DNA from: a bacterium
GTDB lineage: Bacteria > UBA8248 > JACPRG01 > G963555815
Direction of reading: 5' to 3'
Length of the DNA stretch: 64,000 nt
Assembly (NCBI GenBank): GCA_963555815.3
Contig: CAUVWX020000001.1
Location: 1,281,533-1,345,532, forward strand
Under the pieces are notes generated by a model, which was given only the letters and a program-made list of their open reading frames with translations, was not told where the DNA came from and did not search any database. The first letter of the stretch is position 1, and the number at the start of each line of letters is the position of its first letter. Of this stretch, positions 26,845 to 34,821 are shown piece after piece. The translations under genes and the position numbers were made by a program.

Positions 26845-27035
26845 TGTGGGATGTGCTCGTTGTGGGGGCCGGGCCCGCGGGCTCAGCCGCCGCCATAGAC
26901 CCATTGGCCGGCGATGGAATGGCCATGGCCCTTCGCAGCGGTGAGCTCGCTTCAAAGGCGCTCATCGATGGCCTGAGTGAGGAAGACCCCCATCGCGCCA
27001 ACCGAGGGGCTTTTCAAAAGAAAGGAAAATATTGA
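26844..27035 (+). pseudogene. Remnant of an FAD-dependent (geranylgeranyl-reductase-like) oxidoreductase with a large internal deletion
   Basis: The N-terminal dinucleotide motif DVLVVGAGPAGSAAA is joined directly to the C-terminal motif DPLAGDGMAMALRSGELAS. That leaves 63 aa where such enzymes are several hundred aa. Confidence 0.55.
26989..27026. repeat. 38-bp direct repeat, left copy (cassette boundary)
   Basis: CCCATCGCGCCAACCGAGGGGCTTTTCAAAAGAAAGGA, repeated at 28493-28530 with one mismatch. Confidence 0.9.
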
Positions 27036-27100
27036 CCAATCAGTCTAGACAAGTGATATTCAATCATGACCAATCAGTCTAAATAGGTGATATTCAACCA
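27033..27100 (+). repeat. Tandem 34-bp repeat (2 copies, 4 mismatches) carrying promoter-like and operator-like elements
   Basis: TGACCAATCAGTCTAGACAAGTGATATTCAATCA / TGACCAATCAGTCTAAATAGGTGATATTCAACCA. In copy 1, TTGACC (27032-27037) is followed by 17 nt and then GATATT (27055-27060). A third partial copy, TTGACCGACTGGTCTAGG, is at 27133-27150. Confidence 0.85.
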
Positions 27101-27178
27101 CACTGGGTCGGCGAGACTGGCCGCCCCCCTTTTGGCACAACATTGACCGACTGGTCTAGGAAACACGGAGAAAATACG

Positions 27179-27928
27179 ATGGGCAAGCTCGAGAACAAGA
27201 TTGCAGTCATCACCGGCGGTAGCAGTGGTATCGGCTTCGCAATCGCGAAACGCTTCATCGACGAAGGCGCCAAGGTCGTCATCACCGGACGCAGCCAGGA
27301 GACGCTCGACACGGCGCTCTCCGAGCTCGGGGACCAGGCAATCGGTGTCCAGGGTGACGTCGCGAGCCTCGCGGACCTCGACAGACTGTATCAGACGGTG
27401 GCCGACCGTTTCGGCAAGATCGACGTGCTGTTCGTCAACGCCGGTATCGCACCGTTCGTGCCCCTTGTCGAAGCCACGGAGCAGCATTTCGATCATCTCT
27501 TCGACGTGAACGTCAAGGGCGCCTACTTCACCGTGCAGAAGGCGCTGCCGTATCTCGCCGAAGGAGCCTCGGTTGTCCTGAATTCCTCGTTTTTGAACCA
27601 GGCCGGCCTCGAAGGTACCAGCGTCTACGCCGCCACGAAGGCTGCGGTTCGCTCGTTCGCGCGCACGATGTCCGCCGAGCTCGCTTCGCGTAGCATTCGG
27701 GTGAACTCACTCAGCCCCGGATTCATCGAGACTCCGCTCATTGGAAAGCTCGGTCTGCCTCAGGAAGTCGTCGAAGACTTCGCGAAAGCGCTGATGGAAT
27801 GCGTGCCGCTGCACCGCCCCGGTCGAGCAGACGAGATGGCGGCGGCAGCGCTGTTTCTGGCCTCTTCGGACTCAACCTACGTCGTTGGCAGCGACCTCGT
27901 CGCCGACGGTGGGTTGGGCCAGATCTGA
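27179..27928 (+). CDS. SDR family oxidoreductase
   Basis: MGKLENKIAVITGGSSGIG. YAATKAAV catalytic motif. By eye its codon choice (many NCG codons, GGC) differs from the host genes. Confidence 0.8.
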   Translation: MGKLENKIAVITGGSSGIGFAIAKRFIDEGAKVVITGRSQETLDTALSELGDQAIGVQGDVASLADLDRLYQTVADRFGKIDVLFVNAGIAPFVPLVEATEQHFDHLFDVNVKGAYFTVQKALPYLAEGASVVLNSSFLNQAGLEGTSVYAATKAAVRSFARTMSAELASRSIRVNSLSPGFIETPLIGKLGLPQEVVEDFAKALMECVPLHRPGRADEMAAAALFLASSDSTYVVGSDLVADGGLGQI

Positions 27929-27959
27929 CCCCTTTTTTCAAACCCAATGGAGGTAAATC

Positions 27960-28334
27960 ATGCCTGCTATGACACCCGAGGAAATGCACAAAGTATTCTG
28001 CGATGCGTTAAATTCTGGAGATCTGGACGGTCTCATGGCTTGCTATGAGCCGGGTGCCAGTGTGATTGCGGAGCCAGGACAAGTTATTACTGACAGCAAC
28101 GCACTCCGCGCAGCACTAGGCCATTTTGTTTCGATGAAAGGGACTATGAACGCTAAGACTGGAACAGTAGTGACGGCAGGTGATGTAGCTTTCATGCACG
28201 CGGACTGGACCTTCACTGGGACCGACCCTAAAAGTGGAGATACCGTTAATCTTAAGGGTCGAGCAACCGAGGTACTGAGGAAACAATCTGATGGGAGATG
28301 GCTTTATCTGATAGACCTATTTGATGACGCCTAA
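27960..28334 (+). CDS. SnoaL-like / NTF2-fold (DUF4440-type) protein
   Basis: 124 aa with CDALNSGDLDGLMACYEPGA...GRWLYLIDLF, typical of the NTF2-like fold. GC is lower. Confidence 0.55.
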   Translation: MPAMTPEEMHKVFCDALNSGDLDGLMACYEPGASVIAEPGQVITDSNALRAALGHFVSMKGTMNAKTGTVVTAGDVAFMHADWTFTGTDPKSGDTVNLKGRATEVLRKQSDGRWLYLIDLFDDA

Positions 28335-28492
28335 CCAGGATTTCCTATTGTAATATTGGCCGTCTCCATTATCTCCTTCAGGCGACCCGAAGCCCAGCGT
28401 CACCCCCTCGAGGCGTCCTCAGCCTCCTTGGCCTTCTCGTGGCCGACCGCTAGGCCAACGTTGTCCCCCCTCCGGGGTCCGTGATAGCCTTT

Positions 28493-28530
28493 CCCATCGC
28501 GCCAACCGAGGGACTTTTCAAAAGAAAGGA
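28493..28530. repeat. 38-bp direct repeat, right copy
   Basis: CCCATCGCGCCAACCGAGGGACTTTTCAAAAGAAAGGA. It ends at the ATG of the TPR gene. Confidence 0.9.
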
Positions 28531-28862
28531 TGAGCCAGATGACCGAAGATCGGGTCAGGGAATTCGAAGAGGTCTTGGCCCTCGATCCTGAGGACGCCAC
28601 GGTTCGCTTTGGGCTCAGCCAGGCCCTCGTGGACGCAGGGCGCCCAGGGGAGGCTGTCCCCCACCTTCGGGAGGCTCTGCGGGTCAAGCCGGATTACTCC
28701 ATGTGCTACCACCTTCTCGGCCAGTGTCTGGAGGCGACGAAAGATGTCGACGAGGCCCAGAAGGTCTATCGGCAAGGGATGGAAGCCGCCAAGGGGCTGG
28801 GCGATCTCCACGTCGTTCACCTCATTGAAGAGCGCTTGAAGGCAATCGGCGAAAGCTCCTGA
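28530..28862 (+). CDS. TPR-repeat protein
   Basis: 110 aa with TPR-like helices (ALDPEDATVRFGLSQALVDAGRPGEAVPHLREALRVKPDY). Confidence 0.55.
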   Translation: MSQMTEDRVREFEEVLALDPEDATVRFGLSQALVDAGRPGEAVPHLREALRVKPDYSMCYHLLGQCLEATKDVDEAQKVYRQGMEAAKGLGDLHVVHLIEERLKAIGESS

Positions 28863-28974
28863 ACGCTATAACGGAGTGGGACAGGGGGTTGGATTCACTG
28901 GAAATAAAAAAAGCAGGGGTCTAAATTAAATTTTTCGTGGGTGTTTCGCCCGCGATCAGAAGGGAGATTTCAAG

Positions 28975-29460
28975 ATGTATTACATCACCCGAAGCTCCTG
29001 GCAGCAACTTCGGGAGCGGGTCGAGGGGTTGGAACGGCAAATCAGAGTGACCCTTGCCGGGGAGATCAAGGACGCCGCAAGCTTTGGGGACTTTTCGGAG
29101 AATGCCGAGCTCGATGCCGCCCGTGAAAAGCAGCAGCTCCTCACGTTGGAGGTCAACAATCTCCGCGAAAAGCTCAGCAACGCCCAGATCATCGATGACC
29201 TCCCCATCGACGGGTCCCGAGTAGCCATTGGCACCTCTGTCTCCCTCCGGGATCTGGACTCTGGCGAGGAGATTCTATGGACTATCTTGGGGGAGATGGA
29301 GACCAACGTGGAGCGTCGGGTCATCTCCTACAGCGCCCCGCTGGCCCGGGGACTCATGGGAAAGGAGGAGGGGGATGAGGTCAGCGTTCAGGTCCCCTCT
29401 GGGCGAAGGAGTTTTGAGATCCTTAAGGTGGAACGGGCTAACCTCTCCCCAAGCGCTTGA
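28975..29460 (+). CDS. greA: Transcription elongation factor GreA/GreB family
   Basis: Coiled-coil N-domain with FGDFSENAELDAAREKQ. C-domain ISYSAPLARGLMGKEEGDEV. Confidence 0.8.
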   Translation: MYYITRSSWQQLRERVEGLERQIRVTLAGEIKDAASFGDFSENAELDAAREKQQLLTLEVNNLREKLSNAQIIDDLPIDGSRVAIGTSVSLRDLDSGEEILWTILGEMETNVERRVISYSAPLARGLMGKEEGDEVSVQVPSGRRSFEILKVERANLSPSA

Positions 29461-30515
29461 CCCCATTTCCCATGAAAAATGGAAGCCCCATGCCTTTCAA
29501 GCACGAGACCGCGACCACCCTGGAGGAGGCCGTCCTCCAGCTCATTGAGCAAAACGGAGGGACCCGCCACACTGATCTCATCCGGGGGCTCATCGCGACC
29601 GCCCTCCAATTGATGGACGACGAGACTAGCCGGGGGGACCTCAAGATCCTCAACGCGACTCTCAAGGAACTTCGTTACGCCTTCAAAGTCTTTGCCCCTT
29701 ACCGCCACGTCAGGAAGGTCAGCGTCTTCGGCTCTGCCCGCACGGGGCAGGGGACACCGGAGTGCGCCCAGGCCCGGGGGTTTGCCCAAAGGATGGTCGA
29801 GGAGGGTTTTATGGTCATCACGGGGGCTGGCCCGGGGGTCATGGAGGCGGCCAACGCTGGAGCGGGGGCCGAGAAAAGTTTCGGGGTCGGCATCCTTCTC
29901 CCCTTCGGCGAGCCGATCAACTCCGTTGTCCGGAATGACCCTAAGCTCATCGAGTTCAAATACTTCTTCACCCGAAAGCTCCTCTTCGTGAAGGAGACGG
30001 ACGCCTTTGTCTTTCTTCCTGGAGGTTTTGGGACGCAAGACGAGGCGTTTGAGGTCTTAACGCTCCTTCAGACAGGAAAGAGCGAGCCGATACCGCTTGT
30101 GTTCCTGGACGCCCCGGGGGGCTTTTATTGGCGCGAGTGGCTCAGTTACGTGGAGCATCATCTCCTCCGTCGAAATCTCATCTCCCAGGAGGACTTTCAT
30201 CTCTTCAAGGTTACGGACGACGTCGAGAAGGCTGTGGAGGAGATCTGCGCCTTCTATCGTCGTTATCATTCCATGCGTTTTGTCCGGGACCGTCTGGTCC
30301 TGCGGCTTTCGAACCCTCTCCCCTCGGGGCGCCTAAAAGCCCTGAGTGAGGAGTTCGCCGATATCCTCACCCGGGGCGCGATTGAGGAGAGCGGCCCGCT
30401 TGGGGAAGAGATGAACGAGCCCGAGATCGCCCACCTCGGGCGCTTGGTGCTTCACTTCGACCGGGAGCATTACGGCCGCCTTCGCCTTCTCATCGACCGC
30501 ATCAACAGCCCTTAA
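29457..30515 (+). CDS. LOG / TIGR00730 family Rossmann-fold nucleotide-binding protein
   Basis: VSVFGSAR, ITGAGPGVMEAANAGA, PGGFGTQDEAFE. The start is uncertain: TTG 29457 overlaps the greA stop, with ATGs at 29472 and 29490. Confidence 0.7.
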   Translation: MTPFPMKNGSPMPFKHETATTLEEAVLQLIEQNGGTRHTDLIRGLIATALQLMDDETSRGDLKILNATLKELRYAFKVFAPYRHVRKVSVFGSARTGQGTPECAQARGFAQRMVEEGFMVITGAGPGVMEAANAGAGAEKSFGVGILLPFGEPINSVVRNDPKLIEFKYFFTRKLLFVKETDAFVFLPGGFGTQDEAFEVLTLLQTGKSEPIPLVFLDAPGGFYWREWLSYVEHHLLRRNLISQEDFHLFKVTDDVEKAVEEICAFYRRYHSMRFVRDRLVLRLSNPLPSGRLKALSEEFADILTRGAIEESGPLGEEMNEPEIAHLGRLVLHFDREHYGRLRLLIDRINSP

Positions 30516-30553
30516 GACCCCCTCCTGCCCTCAGAGAATCTGATCAGGCTTCT

Positions 30554-31150
30554 TCACGCAGCGTCTTCTAGTGAGGCGACGCTGAAGACGACGTGGAAGG
30601 GCATGCAATAGATGACGACGCTTGCCTGAGCGGTCAAGTCGACGTCGGCGGGGATCTTGTAATTTTGGTTACCGATGTTCCCCTTGAGCCTGCCCAGGTC
30701 GACGTAGCCTTGGGCTTTGAGGTCGTCTCGTTTCTCGGGGTCAGAGCCCGGCGTAAGGATGACGTGGAGGCCTGGACCGTTGGTGACCTCAAAATTCTCT
30801 AAACGGAGCAGATGGGAGCCGTCTGGCAGGAGGAAGATGGTGGCCTGGCCGCTGCCCCTGTGGAACGAGTCGGCGTCTTGGAACGCACCGACCCTGACTG
30901 TTTGCGCCGTCGTCATCGCTTTGGGCATCTTCTCGGTCATCTCTTCATCGACCTTGGCCATGCCGGCCATGACTTCCTCCACCTCAGAGCGGGTCATGTC
31001 CTCCGGGACGATGGCGGCTGCGGCGAAGGGAAATTCCTCGTGGACTGTCTTGCTGATGAAAAGAGGCGAGACGAGCCACCACGCCACCCCGCCGACGACA
31101 AAGATGACAATGGCTCCGATGACCATCCAAAACGGCTTACGAAGGCGCAT
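30554..31150 (-). CDS. DM13 domain protein with an N-terminal membrane anchor
   Basis: GAFQDADSFHRGSGQATIFLLPDGSHLLRLENFEVTNGPGLHVIL...GNQNYKIP...SVVIYCMPFHVVF. Confidence 0.6.
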   Translation of the reverse strand: MRLRKPFWMVIGAIVIFVVGGVAWWLVSPLFISKTVHEEFPFAAAAIVPEDMTRSEVEEVMAGMAKVDEEMTEKMPKAMTTAQTVRVGAFQDADSFHRGSGQATIFLLPDGSHLLRLENFEVTNGPGLHVILTPGSDPEKRDDLKAQGYVDLGRLKGNIGNQNYKIPADVDLTAQASVVIYCMPFHVVFSVASLEDAA

Positions 31151-31239
31151 AGGTTTGTCCTCCTTTGGCAGAAATGTTCAGCCTACATTTCAAGGCGTCT
31201 GTTGCTCACGCCTGTCGTGAAGGCACCTGCCCAAAAATA

Positions 31240-31644
31240 TCAGATTTCAGGATTTTTGTTTGTAAGCGGTCTTGAAATTTCGAGGATATAGCCGTCTGGG
31301 TCTCGAAGGAGAAACATCCGCGCCCCCCAGGACATGGTCTGCGGTTCGCAGATGAAATCAAGTTGTTTCTCTCTCAGGCGGGCGTACTCAGCGTCGACGT
31401 CGTCCGTTTGAAACGTGAGATAGACCCCCCAGCCGCGCTCCTGAGGTTCGGGATTCACCTGCCACTTGCGAAACTCCTCCGGCGAAAGATCCTGGTGAAT
31501 GATGAAGTGAAATCCACCCACCTCAAAGTGGGCGTCCTGCTCTCCCGCTCGGGCGAGGGGCAGACCGATGACATCCCGGTAGAAAGCGAGGGAGCGCTGA
31601 AGATCCTTCACGAAAATAAAGAGGGTGGGGATATTGGTGATCAT
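31240..31644 (-). CDS. VOC/glyoxalase family protein
   Basis: LFIFVKDLQRSLAFYRDVIGL...DPDGYILEI. Confidence 0.7.
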   Translation of the reverse strand: MITNIPTLFIFVKDLQRSLAFYRDVIGLPLARAGEQDAHFEVGGFHFIIHQDLSPEEFRKWQVNPEPQERGWGVYLTFQTDDVDAEYARLREKQLDFICEPQTMSWGARMFLLRDPDGYILEISRPLTNKNPEI

Positions 31645-31666
31645 GCGATTTCCCTTTTGGGCGGCC

Positions 31667-32410
31667 TCAGCGCCGTCTCGCCTTCAGGATGATCTGACTT
31701 TTTCGAGTGATGTTTCTCCCGCCCTCCCGAAGGTAGCGGCGAAGCCCATCTGCCCGCCCGTCGGCCTCCCACTTCGTGGGCAAAAACTCTTCTGAGAAGA
31801 GGACTGCCTCGGCTGACACAGGGTCGGAAAAAGTCAGGATCGCCTGCTCGACGAGGGCCTTCTCCACCGCGAGATCCGCCTTCTCCGCCTCCTCCTCCAC
31901 CTCGGCCTCGCTCATGGCAAAACGAGACATTTGGCCTGTCTCCTGCCACTGGTCCTTGTGGAAGGCGGCGAAGATGAACGGGGCCCCGGGCCGAAGGGCG
32001 CGGCCGGATCGCGCGATGATGGCCGGGGACATGCAAAGATTCGCCACAATGAGGTCCGGAAAGCTTCCTCCCTTCTTCGGCTTCTTCGGCGGAACCTGAG
32101 AATACTCGCTGGCCTCCACATCGGCCACCTGAAAAGAGACATGGGTCAAGCCCAGCTCCCGTGCCCTCTCTCTCGCCGCCTGGACCGCTTCTTCGTTCCG
32201 GTCCAGGCCTAGAACCGACGCTGCGTGAGGTGCCAGGGCAAAAGAGAGACGACCGTGCCCACAGCCGAGATCGAGGACCGATTTCCCCTCCAGATCTTCT
32301 TCGCGGATCCACTGGAGGAGCACGGGGCTCAAACCGCCGTGTGCAAAGGCGTCCTTTCCCATGCCAGACTCATAATGGATCTCCTTTCGGTCGTAGGCCC
32401 AGGTCTTCAT
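31667..32410 (-). CDS. Class I SAM-dependent methyltransferase
   Basis: VLDLGCGHGRLS motif I. Its ATG (32410-32408) overlaps the cofE stop as ATGA. Confidence 0.7.
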   Translation of the reverse strand: MKTWAYDRKEIHYESGMGKDAFAHGGLSPVLLQWIREEDLEGKSVLDLGCGHGRLSFALAPHAASVLGLDRNEEAVQAARERARELGLTHVSFQVADVEASEYSQVPPKKPKKGGSFPDLIVANLCMSPAIIARSGRALRPGAPFIFAAFHKDQWQETGQMSRFAMSEAEVEEEAEKADLAVEKALVEQAILTFSDPVSAEAVLFSEEFLPTKWEADGRADGLRRYLREGGRNITRKSQIILKARRR

Positions 32411-33210
32411 CGCGGGTCGTCATCTCCCTTCCCTCCTTGACGGGAGTCTGCCCCCCGGAAGAGGTCTTCGTCCTTCGGGCGAAAGAGGGCCCTTGCCCCC
32501 TCTGACCCCTCTTTGAACCGGACGCCCCGGATGAGGATCACCGGAATCCCCTCCGCCCCCTGTCCCATCACCATTGAGGCGGCCGAGGCCACTTCGTCGG
32601 CCTGGGCCACCTGGGTGCTCTCGAGTCTTCGGCCGAAGAGGTCTGGCTCTCCCCGAAGGTCCAGGAGGGGGTTCAGACCGGCCGCACCGATGGCGACTCC
32701 CACGACCCCCCGGCGAAAGGCCCGGCCGTGGGTGTCAATGATGAGGATCGCCGCTTCCACCCCCGTCTCCTCCAGGACCTTTTTTCGAAGGGCCTCGGCG
32801 CTGGCGTCGGGGTTTTTGGGAAGGAGGGTGACCCACTCCTCCCCCCCCTCCACGTTGGACTGATCCACCCCGGCGTTGGCGCAGACCACACCTAGCCGCT
32901 GTTCCACCACCAGGGCCCGCTGGGTGGCCCGAAGCACTTCCTTTGACTCCATGAGGACGGCCTCGACCAGCCGGGGGTCACGGCCGGTTGACTGCCCGAT
33001 CTCTGTGGCACGAGGAGAGGGCTCTATGTCGGTGAGACGGACCACCTGTCCCTCCGCCTTGGAGACGACCTTCTGAGCCACAGCCAGGATGTCCCCCGGC
33101 TGCAGAGAGAGACCTTCTTTCCGAAGCGCTTGGAGGATGAGGGCGCCGAGGTCATCTCCCGGCTGCACAGGGGGAATGCCGGGGATGGCCCGGAGTTCTA
33201 CGTGTGACAT
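32407..33210 (-). CDS. cofE: Coenzyme F420-0:L-glutamate ligase
   Basis: From MSHVELRAIPGIPPVQPGDDLGALI (ATG 33210) within ORF 32407..33315. VCANAGVDQSN and TLLPKNPDASA motifs. Confidence 0.8.
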   Translation of the reverse strand: MSHVELRAIPGIPPVQPGDDLGALILQALRKEGLSLQPGDILAVAQKVVSKAEGQVVRLTDIEPSPRATEIGQSTGRDPRLVEAVLMESKEVLRATQRALVVEQRLGVVCANAGVDQSNVEGGEEWVTLLPKNPDASAEALRKKVLEETGVEAAILIIDTHGRAFRRGVVGVAIGAAGLNPLLDLRGEPDLFGRRLESTQVAQADEVASAASMVMGQGAEGIPVILIRGVRFKEGSEGARALFRPKDEDLFRGADSRQGGKGDDDPR

Positions 33211-33863
33211 CAGCGAGGGGCTGAGGAGAGGGTGTGGAGGGAGGTCTCGAGCCGATCCACCAGAACGTCCAGGTCCTGGGGGAGGTCGATGTCGAGAGAG
33301 ATCCCCGGAGAGCAAAAAATCTTGAAGGCCGTTTCTCTTTGGCGGGCCTCAAGGCGGTGACGGAGAAAGCTGTCCGGCCCGAAGGAGGGAACCAGGGCAT
33401 CCGAAGGTTTCAGAAAGAGGGCGTTGGTCCCTTCCTCACGGCGCGATGGGGAGGCCACTGCGCCAGGGCGCTCGGGGCCGAAGAGGGCTCCCGCGGCCAC
33501 GACGTTGTCCACTTCGGTCGCCGAGAGGAGGGGAAGATCTGCGGGCAACACCAAGACCCCTGCCGCCCCTCGCTCCCTCAGACGGTTGACTCCCTCCAAG
33601 AGGGCCCCGTTCAGGTCCGGGGAGGTTTCTGCCAGGACGTCTATGCCCCTTCCACGAGCAAGGGATCTGGCCTCCGGGTCTTGAGAGACGACGAGCCCTC
33701 CCTTCAGTGTGGAGGCCCCTTCGAGGGCGTCCAGGACGCGGCCGAGCATCCAGCGGCTGAGCTCTTTACGCCCTGAGAGATCCAGTCGTCCCGCCAGCCG
33801 GGATTTTCCGCGGTCGAATGCCTTGACAGGGACAAGAAACAAGATGTCATTTCCCCTCACCAT
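33210..33863 (-). CDS. cofC: 2-phospho-L-lactate (or PEP/3PG) guanylyltransferase
   Basis: From MVRGNDILFLVPVKAFDRGKSRL (ATG 33863) within ORF 33210..33920. ADLPLL motif. Located between cofD and cofE. Confidence 0.75.
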   Translation of the reverse strand: MVRGNDILFLVPVKAFDRGKSRLAGRLDLSGRKELSRWMLGRVLDALEGASTLKGGLVVSQDPEARSLARGRGIDVLAETSPDLNGALLEGVNRLRERGAAGVLVLPADLPLLSATEVDNVVAAGALFGPERPGAVASPSRREEGTNALFLKPSDALVPSFGPDSFLRHRLEARQRETAFKIFCSPGISLDIDLPQDLDVLVDRLETSLHTLSSAPR

Positions 33864-33864
33864 T

Positions 33865-34812
33865 TTATTTCTGCCCTTGCCCCCTCGATGTGAAGACGTA
33901 GTCCAGGATTTCTCGGGCAAGACGCGCCTTGTCTTCCAGCGTGTTCATGATGGTATCCGTGACGAGGACTTCGAGGCCTAGGGAGCGGATGGGGTCTCGC
34001 AATTCCTGATCCTGTTCGTCTAGCACAAAGATCTCGACCCAGTCAACGTAGCGGCGGGCGACGGCCAGGGCCGAGGCCTCTTCCCCCAATTCTTGCATCA
34101 TCCGGGCGGCCGGGCCTTTCAGGGCCTTTCCGCGGACGAGGGGGCTGACCGCCACCTTTCGCCCCGGTGCCCTCTGCAGGGCCTCCCGCATCCCCGGAAG
34201 GGCCAGGATGGGACCGATGCTGACTAGGGGGTTGGAGGGGCAGAAGATAATGGCCTTGGCGCCAGCAAGGGTTTTTAGGACTTCAGCAGTGGGCCGGGCC
34301 GTCTCGATCCCTTCAAAGCGGACGGCCTCGATGGGGATCTCAGCCTTCTGGGCGACAAAATACTCCTGAAAGGGGATCTCCCGTCCTTGGGTTCTGACGC
34401 GGGTCTCGACACGGTCATCTGTCATGGGGAGGATCTTGGCTTGCAGCCCGAGGGCCTGGGAGAGGGAGGCCGTCACCTGGGTGAGGGTCTTTCCATCGTC
34501 CAGGAGGGCCCGGCGAAGGAGATGGGTTGCAAGATCTCGGTCGCCCAGGCGAAACCAGGGGGTGTGACCGTAGCGTTTGAGCATCTGAAGGGCCTCTGTC
34601 GTGTCACTTGCTACGCCCCAGCCCTGGACCGGGTCAGCGATGTCGGCGAGCGTATAGAGGACGGTGTCGAGATCAGGGCAGACGAGGAGTCCGTGAAGCT
34701 TTAGGTCATCGGCCGTGTTGACGATGGCCGTGAGCCCGTCGGGGGGAAGGGCCTGGGAAAGACCCAGGATGAGTTTTGCTCCTCCCACGCCTCCTGCCAG
34801 GGCCACGATCAT
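33865..34812 (-). CDS. cofD: 2-phospho-L-lactate transferase (FO phosphotransferase)
   Basis: MIVALAGGVGGAKLILGL, CPSNPLVSIGPILALPG. Confidence 0.85.
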   Translation of the reverse strand: MIVALAGGVGGAKLILGLSQALPPDGLTAIVNTADDLKLHGLLVCPDLDTVLYTLADIADPVQGWGVASDTTEALQMLKRYGHTPWFRLGDRDLATHLLRRALLDDGKTLTQVTASLSQALGLQAKILPMTDDRVETRVRTQGREIPFQEYFVAQKAEIPIEAVRFEGIETARPTAEVLKTLAGAKAIIFCPSNPLVSIGPILALPGMREALQRAPGRKVAVSPLVRGKALKGPAARMMQELGEEASALAVARRYVDWVEIFVLDEQDQELRDPIRSLGLEVLVTDTIMNTLEDKARLAREILDYVFTSRGQGQK

Positions 34813-34821
34813 GAGAACCCC

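Noticed and set aside
28400-28687. 95-aa and 100-aa minus-strand ORFs (28400..28687, 28518..28820) across the right cassette boundary
   Set aside because: They overlap the TPR gene and the direct repeat on the opposite strand. They have no recognisable motifs and a composition typical of shadow ORFs.
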